A DNA stretch of 64,000 bases from Opitutales bacterium (lineage in GTDB: Bacteria; Verrucomicrobiota; Verrucomicrobiia; Opitutales; JABSRG01), in the NCBI GenBank assembly GCA_049599475.1, contig JBMYOQ010000007.1:32001-96000 (forward strand). Direction: 5' to 3'. Below are positions 39,501 through 47,180 of this stretch, piece by piece. Made by a program: the position numbers and the translations under genes. Position 1 is the first letter of the stretch; the number at the start of each line of letters is the position of its first letter. The notes below the pieces were generated by a model. That model saw only the letters and a list, made by a program, of their open reading frames with translations, did no database searches and had not been told where the DNA came from.

Positions 39501-39879
39501 GGCTATTGTAATTACCCTTAGCTAAACCTAAGTTCCTTCCATCTGCTTCGCGGGCTCTCTCTCCCAATACGCGTTCGATTAAAAGAATGTCTGTGAAATC
39601 GAGGGATGGATTGGAGAGAAGTGCCTTACGTTGAAGGTTTTTAATGGCATAATAATCCGCGTCGGAGAGCGTCGCGAGTTCTTCGAGGAAGCGTTCGCCA
39701 GGATAGGCGTCTTTATGAGTTTCTTCGATAGCGAGAATGGCTCGTGTCAATGTGGTCCTAATTTCAGACGCGGTTCGTGCGAAATAGTAGCCGTCAGCTG
39801 CTCGCGTTGAGCCTGCGGCGATCAGGAATATGGCCCACAGCGCACATATGCTTTTGGGGCTTCGATACATAGCTAGCAT
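36535..39879 (-). CDS. HzsA-like (hydrazine synthase alpha-like) di-heme protein with C-terminal FGE/SUMF1-type domain
   Basis: TolB-like propeller (YLPDGGIIFAST, GRVMYTRWEY, MNPDGSGQ); FQPLDKHGQALQGMRSW...SCVGCHE; SF..EIQPILDANCVSCH; FTMGS...LPSEAQWEWAARAG, NPWGLYDMHGNVAEW, RGGS, GFRIV. Confidence 0.85.
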   Translation of the reverse strand: MLAMYRSPKSICALWAIFLIAAGSTRAADGYYFARTASEIRTTLTRAILAIEETHKDAYPGERFLEELATLSDADYYAIKNLQRKALLSNPSLDFTDILLIERVLGERAREADGRNLGLAKGNYNSLAQSQRNGWDTSIIRLKNVFSDTVERETVYHSEHGGNINYVDLHYDAERIMFSMSRPKDRAYRLFEMDLRGGSPVELGPDDGSDVDHFDGVYLPDGGIIFASTATFLGMPCINGIPRMASLYRMEKDRQTVRQLGFDQDTSWYPTMLQDGRVMYTRWEYSDMQHSNNRVLMVMNPDGSGQKSIAFSNSYFPASFFYARPIPGHPSQIVGTISGHHGPMRVGRMIVIDPAVHTQNEKAVVRELPGYNKKVKRVVKDPLMHDVMPQILHPFPLAQEGTHAGAGEFFLVSMQRDFDLLRGIYLVDIYDNAVLLWEEEGKGFLEPIPLRKQTKPPVIPSLIKPDSDEATIYVQDIYHGPGLKDIPRGTVKQLRIGTYQFSPHGGAGGHPGTIGVDSGWDVKTVIGVTPVNEDGSLTAKIPSKTPLFFQPLDKHGQALQGMRSWATAMGGERMSCVGCHEPASDMPRPTATLASIQEPKPLTTWLDIARPISFAHEIQPILDANCVSCHDGQASNGRFTTRRPEFADGIPDLRATPINDYENRSGGAANPIYGGKFTESYMTLHSLVRHPGTESPMDVPNPGEYGAIVSELTQILEKGHHGVVLTEKELLHLKTWMDYNAPFHGYRRDLVQDIKHRTINREKLERTFARGNELSQKYAGRDNFVHLDPPEAKAVLVKHIQNPVTAPNTPSAEQSDFSVEVTDTQSTSIQIDLGDGELIDMLPIPSGTFTMGSNLETQAEAPRHSVKIEKAFWMSSKEITNQQLRHFVLDHNSRMEDRLNLQFGQEGISVNGDELPAVRVSWKTAMAFCEWLSEKTGYCVSLPSEAQWEWAARAGRESSFWYGELNTDFSTFANLSDASMKRFGENTASGSPRYTKIVTMTNPNRHEMWIPYIEGVNDGQQIQTSPGTYLPNPWGLYDMHGNVAEWTRSVNRPYPFVDSNSSSADDPQLRRVVRGGSYRDRPYRATASYRLAYHAWQKVHDVGFRIVIEEKDNK

Positions 39880-39895
39880 AGGGGAAATTTTTGAG

Positions 39896-41047
39896 TTAAG
39901 CGGCAGATTCTAAGATTTTCATTACATCTTGGTGACTGTAGTCGCTGATGCCCCAACGTTTACCTAAATCGATTGCGTCGGTGGCAATCGATGGAATTTC
40001 GTTAATCGGAATTTTACCTTCTGTGAGCGTAGTTGGACTGTCGATACTCCGGAACCATGCTTCCAGAGCGTCGATGCCCGCTGCGGCCGAATCCAGACCA
40101 AACACTTCACGGGCGAATTGTGTCAGTTTTGAGGCATAGCGGTCTTGGACGTATCGCATCCACGCGGGCATTACGATAGATAGCCCCGCTCCGTGAGCGA
40201 TATCGTAGCGACCGCTTAGAGGGTGCTCTATCATGTGATTTGGGAAACCCATATTGCCGACCCCGGATACGCCCAAACCATTCCATGCAAGCGTGGCAGC
40301 CCACATCATTGTGGATCGTGCTTCGATGTCTTGCGGATCCTTCATTATGCGGTCGGTGGTTTCGATAATCGTTTTCACGAGCCCTTCCACGTATCGGTCT
40401 TGAATCGGTGTCCACCGGGCATCTCCAGTGAAGTAGCCTTCAATGAGGTGCGATATCGCATCGACTCCAGCATAAGCGGTGTAGTCTAAGGGAATGGTGA
40501 GCGTGAGCTCAGGGTCCATCAATGCTGCTTTAGGGAACAGATGCTCGGAAAAGAACCCAAATTTCTCTTTTGTATCATCATTGGTGATGACTGAGCACGA
40601 ATTCATCTCGGAAGCCGTCGCTGGAAGGGTGGGCACTGTGATAATGGGCAATCCGGTTTGTGGTGTAGCTTCGCCGCTGTAGAAATCCCAAGGATCTCCC
40701 GCATGGTGAACGCCTACGGCTATTCCTTTGGCTTCATCCATTACGCTGCCACCTCCTACAGCGATGATGACATCGACTTGAGAGGAGCGTGCACGATCAA
40801 TGCCTTCGCGTAAATGAGAGAGCGACGGGTTCGATTTTACACCGGAGAATTCTGTTACCTGCCCGAAGCCTACTGAACGCAGCGACTTTAATATTTTTTC
40901 GTAGGTACCATTCTTTTTGATACTCTGTTTTCCGTAAACAAGCAACGCGTGGTTACCGTAGCTCGCTGCGATGGGGCCAACTGAATCGGATGCGGCACCT
41001 TGTGCAAAAACAACTTTGGTGGGATTATAGAACTCGAATGCTTTCAT
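39896..41047 (-). CDS. Iron-containing alcohol dehydrogenase (BdhA/YqhD-like)
   Basis: FEFYNPTKVVF, AVGGGSVMD, TLPATASE, DAISHLIE, HMIEHPLS, HGAGL. Confidence 0.93.
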   Translation of the reverse strand: MKAFEFYNPTKVVFAQGAASDSVGPIAASYGNHALLVYGKQSIKKNGTYEKILKSLRSVGFGQVTEFSGVKSNPSLSHLREGIDRARSSQVDVIIAVGGGSVMDEAKGIAVGVHHAGDPWDFYSGEATPQTGLPIITVPTLPATASEMNSCSVITNDDTKEKFGFFSEHLFPKAALMDPELTLTIPLDYTAYAGVDAISHLIEGYFTGDARWTPIQDRYVEGLVKTIIETTDRIMKDPQDIEARSTMMWAATLAWNGLGVSGVGNMGFPNHMIEHPLSGRYDIAHGAGLSIVMPAWMRYVQDRYASKLTQFAREVFGLDSAAAGIDALEAWFRSIDSPTTLTEGKIPINEIPSIATDAIDLGKRWGISDYSHQDVMKILESAA

Positions 41048-41293
41048 GAGATCATGGGCTTATCGGGGGGATTGGATATATGCTGTGGATTGTGCGGTGT
41101 GTCCTTGTTTCACCACTTACACAGGAAAATAACCCTATGATCTTACTCTTGAGACATTGTGTTTTACATCCGCGAGCGTTGTTAATTGGCTTAATTTATT
41201 TGATTAGTATGGCTAATCGTGAAGCCCTACTTGATAAGGCTTATGAATGCGGTGCTCGTCGAACTGAGTCTGAGAATTTCGGATGTTTATGAA

Positions 41294-41365
41294 GGGAGGG
41301 GCGATGTCCTCAGCGCCTTGGTTCGTGGCAAAGGTTCAACGGACCATGAGGACATGGTCCCTCCC
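41294..41365. repeat. Inverted REP doublet (REPIN-like) next to the RAYT
   Basis: GGGAG-GGGCGATGTCCTCAGCGCC (41294-41317) and the reverse copy GGACCATG-AGGA-CATGGTCC-CTCCC (41341-41365). Confidence 0.8.
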
Positions 41366-41385
41366 GATGAGATCTTGTTAATGTA

Positions 41386-41856
41386 TCACCAACGAAGCTT
41401 CGTAATTTCCCCATGGTAGGGCCATTCATCAGGTTCATCCACTAACCCGGCTCGAACTGGGTTCTGTTTAGCGTACTCCCATTGAGTCGAATAGTGTTCT
41501 CCGTTGCGCATCTGCGTATCCCAACAGCCTTTCAGCCAAAGGTCTCTCTGGCTTTGGAATTCAGATGCCTTCGAAACAAGGGTTTTCCAATATTTGATCC
41601 AAAGGTTGAGCGGTACTCTATCTACCCTCGAAGGTGAACAGAAAAGGTGGATGTGATCGGGCATTAAAACATACTTTCCTACAGCCCAGTGGTCCGCTAT
41701 TGCCCACGCTTCGACGAGGCATTTATGAGCTTCTCTGTTATTGAATGCGGGTCGACGATTTTTCGAGCATACCGTGACGAACAGAATATTCGGTCGACCT
41801 GCGATATCTAGAATCGAATTTTTAGAGGGGCTTTTTCGTTGAACGCTCTGACTCAT
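41386..41856 (-). mobile_element. REP-associated tyrosine transposase (RAYT, IS200/Y1 HUH family)
   Basis: FVTVC, YVLMPDHIHLF (HUH), W...WD..MR, YAKQNPVRAGLV...WPY. Confidence 0.9.
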
Positions 41857-42097
41857 GCAAATTGAGACGCCGGCGCTCTTCTGAATTTCAGTTCAATTTC
41901 AATCCCACCCAAAGGTCGCTGGGGACTTCGGACGGAGGCTTGCCGGAGATGGCGAAGCAATGGCGCTGCATTTAGGGTGATGTCATCGGTAGCGGCCGAT
42001 TTCCGAGCGGCCGAATGCGGCGTATCAGCTGGGCGAGATTGCTGTCTTCCACCGCTCGGAGATGGGTGGCTACCCCTATTTTTCTCTAAAGCGCTAT

Positions 42098-42116
42098 TGG
42101 GGACAGCGACCCTCCC
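42098..42116 (-). repeat. Degenerate REP copy upstream of the RAYT
   Basis: Minus strand GGGAG-GGTCGCTG-TCCCCA; right arm decayed. Confidence 0.55.
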
Positions 42117-42194
42117 TGGAATTCTCAAGGGCGCAATGTATCTTTCGGACAGCCTAAGAGACAGTCCCTTTCAAAAGGCACTCTTACCCCTGTT

Positions 42195-43256
42195 TTACTT
42201 TGTAGCGACGTAGGCTGGCTCGGTGAGGCGCTTGGGCTCAAATTCTCCTGCGGCCCAGCTGCTGATTTTGCCTTTGAGGTAGTCTACCCATTTGGGGTGG
42301 AGGTTGAGGCAAGGGATCATTTCGAAGGATTCACCGCCCGCTTCCATAAAGGATTCTGCACCTTCCTCGGCGATTTCTTCGAGGGTTTCCAGGCAGTCTG
42401 CGGTGAACGCTGGGCACATGATTTTGACCTTTTTGATCCCTTGCTCAGGTAGCGACTCGAGAGTCTTGTCTGTATAAGGTTGGAGCCAGGGTTCGCGACC
42501 GAGTCTAGATTGGAAAGTAACCATGTATTTTTCCTTCGGCAGCCCAAGCTTTTCCACGAATTTCTCCACCGTCATAACGCATTGATGGCGGTAACAGGTG
42601 GCATGCGCGGGGTGGCACGTATTGCAGCAATCAGGAGTCTGCATGCAATGCTTGTGTGAAGGGTCACCCTTTACCAAGTGCCGTTGAGGGATACCGTGGA
42701 AAGAGAAAATAAGTTTGTCGTAATCCTCTTCGAGATAGCTCTTCGCGTTCTCGACCATGGCATCGATGTAGCCAGGATCATCATAGTAGGGTTGCAGCAG
42801 CGTTGTCTTGAGATCGGGTTTTATCTTACGGATCTCGTCCATCGCATAGACAACTGCGGTCTCATAGCTAGACATTGCATAGTGAGGATACATCGGCATG
42901 ATGTAGAGCTCGTCTACGCCCGCATCGAGGAGCTTCTTCACGGCGTCTGGAGTGGATGGGCTTCCATAGCGCATGGCCATCTCGATGGGGAAATCGAAGT
43001 CTTTTGCGACGAGTTCACGGAGCGCCATGCTCGTAATGATCAAGGGCGAGCCTTCCTTTTGCCAAATGCTTTCGTAGGCCTCTGCTGATTGCTTCGGACG
43101 AAACGGCAGGATAAAGGCGTTGACGACCAGTTTCCGTATCAGCTCTGGAGAATCCAGAACCCGTTCGTCCATCAGAAATTCTTTGAGATAGCGTCGCACG
43201 TCAGCCACGTCAGTGGAGTCCGGCGAGCCAAGGTTGAGCATAAGTACGCCACGCAT
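42195..43256 (-). CDS. hemH: Ferrochelatase with internal Cys-rich insertion
   Basis: [54 protein letters not shown]. Confidence 0.97.
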   Translation of the reverse strand: MRGVLMLNLGSPDSTDVADVRRYLKEFLMDERVLDSPELIRKLVVNAFILPFRPKQSAEAYESIWQKEGSPLIITSMALRELVAKDFDFPIEMAMRYGSPSTPDAVKKLLDAGVDELYIMPMYPHYAMSSYETAVVYAMDEIRKIKPDLKTTLLQPYYDDPGYIDAMVENAKSYLEEDYDKLIFSFHGIPQRHLVKGDPSHKHCMQTPDCCNTCHPAHATCYRHQCVMTVEKFVEKLGLPKEKYMVTFQSRLGREPWLQPYTDKTLESLPEQGIKKVKIMCPAFTADCLETLEEIAEEGAESFMEAGGESFEMIPCLNLHPKWVDYLKGKISSWAAGEFEPKRLTEPAYVATK

Positions 43257-43352
43257 TGAGAGAATGGAGATTCAGAAACTTATGAAGTTCAAGATTTAAA
43301 GGTGGTTTCCGGGGAGCTGGGAAGCGCTGAGCTTAGAATTGGAGGAGTTTAT

Positions 43353-43379
43353 TAAAGGTGAACGAAGAGCGGGCGATTT
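43353..43379 (+). promoter_or_regulatory. Candidate sigma28 promoter for the chemoreceptor
   Basis: TAAA-N15-GGCGATTT about 80 nt upstream of the MCP start. Confidence 0.4.
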
Positions 43380-43460
43380 TTGGAGCGTTCTGCGATGTTA
43401 ATCTGTGTTCGGTTCTAGGGAAAATTCAATTTTCTTACCGCGCATAAACTTGATCGTATC

Positions 43461-45503
43461 ATGAACATTAGACAGACCAGCCTCCTTCTATCTTCGATTC
43501 TCGCCCTATCCTTTGTCTCGATGATCAGCTATAAGCTGGTGGGACTCTATAACTCGAAACTGGAAAGCCGGGACACACAGTCGAGTATCCAGGCGACGAG
43601 TATTCTCAGCAAAGCAATCATTGAGCTGTCGTTGGAACGTTCCGTGATGCAGGTAGCTTTGAATTTGGATGAGCCGATAAACTCAACTTTCGAGAGTCTT
43701 CTCAGCCAACAACGGCGAATTTCGGATGAAGGGTTTGACGAAGTCGAAGGAATTGTCAGAAGGGATGATTCTTTCGACTCTGCTGACTCATTCCTAGAGA
43801 AATTGAATGATCTGCGCGATCGGATTGGAAGCATTCGTGAGGCAGCAGATCGAAATATTCATTCTAAACTTGAGAGCCGGGCCGCTGATGCTGTTCGCTC
43901 ACTTCCAGTTGATATGAAGGATTCTATAGCGGAAATGGCTTCGCTTCCTCTCAAGTTAACTCCTCTCAACTCGAGTATCCCGGCGGAGATTAATGCTCTT
44001 AAAATTGTCCAACAGTCTGCTTGGGAAATTCGTGAGTATGGAGGCCGCGAGCGCACTTACCTCGCGATTGCAACAGCTAGTGGAAAGCCATTTAGCGAAA
44101 TCGTGCGTGAGGAAATGATCAAAGACCACAAGAGAGCACTTGAAGCAATGTCGCGCCTCGAAAAAATTGCTGAACGCGGAAAAGTCTCTGAAGAAGTCGC
44201 TAAGGCAATTCAAACCACGAAGTCTACATACTTTGAAGACTATAGAGTGACCCGCGAATCGATCATAAATGCATCGGAACGTGGTCAGCCTCTCCCGATA
44301 GGTTTCCAGCAATTTTTTAATGAATCCTCCGATGCCTTGGCAACAGCTGTGAGTTTATCTTACCTGGCAGGGGATGTTATGACAACGGCGGTCGAAGAGG
44401 AGAGGGCTGCATCGACTACGCTCTTCTTTGTATTTCTTGCAGCGCTCTTCGGGGTAATAGGGATCTGTGGGTTTCAGATTTATTACAGTCAATTTCGAGT
44501 TTCGAATCGAATTCTCACCTTGTCGGACCTTATGATGGACCTATCTCGAGGTAATGTTGAAATCGATTTGGAAGGACTAAAATCATCTGATGAGCTTGGC
44601 CAGATTGCACGTTGTGTGGAAGTCTTTAAGGAAAACGCCATTGAGATGAAGCGACTTGAGAACGCGGCAGATGAGATGGCCAATGAATTTGAGGAAAATG
44701 TCTATGGTATCGTGAGACGTGTTGAAGAAGCATCCAAGCGGACAAACGGGGTTGCACTTGAGCTTTCTGGAAAAATCACTGAGTCAGCTTCTCTGTCCTC
44801 GACTGCTGCGATGGCCTCTGACAGTGCTGCCAAAGACGTTCAGACTGTAGCAGCTGCCGCTGAGGAAATGTCATGTTCACTATCAGAGATACCTAATACA
44901 GTGTCCCAGACCGCGAGTCGGGCTCGAGGGTGCTCTCAACTGGCTAGTTCGACGCAATCTAAACTGGCTTTATTGAAAAGCGCGATCGCTGAGATTGACA
45001 ATGTGACCCAGACTATAAGTGGGATTTCTTCGCAGACCAATTTGCTCGCATTAAACGCATCGATCGAAGCTGCTAGTTCCGGTGAAGCTGGTAAGGGATT
45101 CGCAGTGGTTGCTAATGAGGTGAAAACTTTGGCAAATCAGTCACATCTGATGACTGATGAAATTTCTAAGAAGATCGAAAGTATCAAAGAGAGCGCCGAA
45201 CAAACCATCGCAGGGGTAAATGATATTATAGGGGAAATTACTTCTGTTGATCAGCAGACAAATGAGATGTCCTCAGTGATAAGCGAACAGGTTCAGACTA
45301 CATCAGAGATTAGTCGGAGTGTGACCTCTGCAGCTTCACTGACCGATGAAGTATCTCAAAACATAGGCGTAGTATGCCAAGCTTCAGGCAACAGTGAGAG
45401 TGCTACCGCAGAGTTGAAAAAAGCAGCGACCGAAATGATCCAAGAGTCCCAGAACCTGAAGACATCCGTCGACGCGTTCTTAAAGGGTATTCGAAGTAAA
45501 TAG
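43461..45503 (+). CDS. Methyl-accepting chemotaxis protein with NIT-like periplasmic sensor
   Basis: 2 TM, HAMP ([14 protein letters not shown]), tip [29 protein letters not shown]; sensor motifs ELSLERS and REYGGRER. Confidence 0.92.
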   Translation: MNIRQTSLLLSSILALSFVSMISYKLVGLYNSKLESRDTQSSIQATSILSKAIIELSLERSVMQVALNLDEPINSTFESLLSQQRRISDEGFDEVEGIVRRDDSFDSADSFLEKLNDLRDRIGSIREAADRNIHSKLESRAADAVRSLPVDMKDSIAEMASLPLKLTPLNSSIPAEINALKIVQQSAWEIREYGGRERTYLAIATASGKPFSEIVREEMIKDHKRALEAMSRLEKIAERGKVSEEVAKAIQTTKSTYFEDYRVTRESIINASERGQPLPIGFQQFFNESSDALATAVSLSYLAGDVMTTAVEEERAASTTLFFVFLAALFGVIGICGFQIYYSQFRVSNRILTLSDLMMDLSRGNVEIDLEGLKSSDELGQIARCVEVFKENAIEMKRLENAADEMANEFEENVYGIVRRVEEASKRTNGVALELSGKITESASLSSTAAMASDSAAKDVQTVAAAAEEMSCSLSEIPNTVSQTASRARGCSQLASSTQSKLALLKSAIAEIDNVTQTISGISSQTNLLALNASIEAASSGEAGKGFAVVANEVKTLANQSHLMTDEISKKIESIKESAEQTIAGVNDIIGEITSVDQQTNEMSSVISEQVQTTSEISRSVTSAASLTDEVSQNIGVVCQASGNSESATAELKKAATEMIQESQNLKTSVDAFLKGIRSK

Positions 45504-45528
45504 TAAATACCTTTGGGGACCGACTGTT

Positions 45529-46065
45529 CTAGCTCTGAGGCTTTGGTGATAAGCGACCTAAGCTGAGCCTGTAAGGCAGGAGAAGGAATGCCGCCATGAA
45601 TAACTTGGCCACAAGGTCGCCGCCTGCGAGGGTGAGCCAGTTGAGCCCGGTGCCTGCAAAAGCTAGCGAGAAGAAGATAAAGGTATCCAAAATTGAGGCC
45701 AGGATCGACCCGAGTAGTGGGGCCTGCCACCAGATTCGGCCCCTGAGTTTATTAAAGACCAAAATATCTAAGAGTTGGGAGCAAATGAATGCGGTGCTCG
45801 AGGCCAGAGCTATCCGCATCGGTGCAATGATAGCTGATATGATGAGTCCGATTACCAAGCCGGCGTAAGCGATCTTACGTGCGTCTTTAGGCCCCGCCCA
45901 GCGGTTGGTGAGGTCGGTGACATAAAACGCGAGCGGATAGGTGAATGCCGCGATAGTCAGCCATTCGTTTATGGGGAACTGAACGAGGAAGTTGGAAGAG
46001 GCGATGACTGCGGCCATGCCCACCAGTGGAATCCAAAGGGGCTTTGTTTCGTATTTGGCTGTCAT
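45529..46065 (-). CDS. VUT family (YhhQ-like) queuosine precursor transporter
   Basis: SNFLV, FTYPLAFYVTDL, RIALAS..AF..SQLLD, SILDTFIFF.LAF. Confidence 0.88.
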   Translation of the reverse strand: MTAKYETKPLWIPLVGMAAVIASSNFLVQFPINEWLTIAAFTYPLAFYVTDLTNRWAGPKDARKIAYAGLVIGLIISAIIAPMRIALASSTAFICSQLLDILVFNKLRGRIWWQAPLLGSILASILDTFIFFSLAFAGTGLNWLTLAGGDLVAKLFMAAFLLLPYRLSLGRLSPKPQS

Positions 46066-46076
46066 GGGACGGACTG

Positions 46077-47111
46077 TTAAACGACGAGAACTTGTTCGCG
46101 TGCGGCTTCGAGCCAAGACTTTTTGGTGTCTAGACCTGCACTTATGGGAAGCTGCGCGACTCCGATAACGCGCCGTAATACCTCGATGCCGCGCAGTGCC
46201 TGAACGATACTCAGATCGAGTTCAGTTTTCAGCCGGTAGGCATTTAAGAATGTTTGCTCCAGGGAATTTTGACAGCCAGCCATATCAAAGTGGGCCAATG
46301 CTACCGCGACATCGAATGACGAGTGACCGTTAAAGGCGAATTCGGGGTCGATCACCAAGATTTCGTTTCCTCTGCGCAACCAGCTTCCGGGGAAATAATC
46401 GCCGTGCAAAAGGGTTTCGCCGTCGGCCAAATAGTATTCCTGGCCCAGCTCGCGGGCTTTATTCGAAAGTTGACCATCTTCGGTGATATCTTGAGCGACC
46501 TTTTGAAGGCCGGGGGTGATCGCATCCAGATCGATTCCGTTGTGCGGCCGGAAGGGAATATCGAAAATGTGCTCGTGGTTCAGCGCGCGCATATCTCGAT
46601 TGGTGATTCGAGGCACTTTTTCGTGATCGAATTCTGTGCTGTGTAGCGTCGCGAGCCACTCGGCTGCTGCGATAGCGTGCTCCTCTTTGAACACCTCTGG
46701 GTTGCTGTAGATGTCTGAGCAATCCTGAGTGTTCGGTTCGAAGCGGAACAAAAGGGTGCGATTTCCCAGATCCATATCGAGCAGCTGAGGCATTCTGCGC
46801 GAAAGTTCCTCGATTGGCTCGACCGCCTGATAAAAGGATGCTTCGCGAATGCTGCGATCCCACGGGGCGGTAATTGATGGATATTTGGCGACCCAAGGCA
46901 CGCTCTGCTTCATGACCAATGTGCCCACATTTGTCTTCAGGAGACGGGTGATGTTCATATTCCCGTCGCCGAGCGATTGCTTGGACTCCACTGCTATATT
47001 CTCCAGTCCAGAGATTTTCCTGCGTCGCAGATAGTCGGTCAGCTGGTTGGCTTCCATTTCATCAATGAATAGGAAGCCTGGGAAATCTGAGTGAAGAATT
47101 TGGCGGTTCAT
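46077..47111 (-). CDS. Aminoglycoside/choline-kinase-fold phosphotransferase, methylthioribose kinase-like
   Basis: GDGNMN, MKQSVPWV, LLHGDYFPGS, VIDPEFAF.G. Confidence 0.8.
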   Translation of the reverse strand: MNRQILHSDFPGFLFIDEMEANQLTDYLRRRKISGLENIAVESKQSLGDGNMNITRLLKTNVGTLVMKQSVPWVAKYPSITAPWDRSIREASFYQAVEPIEELSRRMPQLLDMDLGNRTLLFRFEPNTQDCSDIYSNPEVFKEEHAIAAAEWLATLHSTEFDHEKVPRITNRDMRALNHEHIFDIPFRPHNGIDLDAITPGLQKVAQDITEDGQLSNKARELGQEYYLADGETLLHGDYFPGSWLRRGNEILVIDPEFAFNGHSSFDVAVALAHFDMAGCQNSLEQTFLNAYRLKTELDLSIVQALRGIEVLRRVIGVAQLPISAGLDTKKSWLEAAREQVLVV

Positions 47112-47180
47112 GCGGAAATTGAACCGGAACGCTCACTGATTTCTGGGAGAAAGCAAAGACTATATCTTCAAAAAGGTCGA

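Noticed and set aside
33851..39879. Claim that the organism performs anammox
   Set aside because: Only fold- and motif-level resemblance to HZS. The alpha-like protein has an FGE fusion, and there are no hydrazine dehydrogenase or HAO genes in the window.
41853..42213. Short ORFs between the RAYT and hemH
   Set aside because: No motifs; they overlap a decayed REP and are probably non-coding or remnant DNA
42610..42630. CNTCH in HemH as a heme c attachment site
   Set aside because: HemH is cytoplasmic with no signal peptide; the motif is part of the Cys-rich insert
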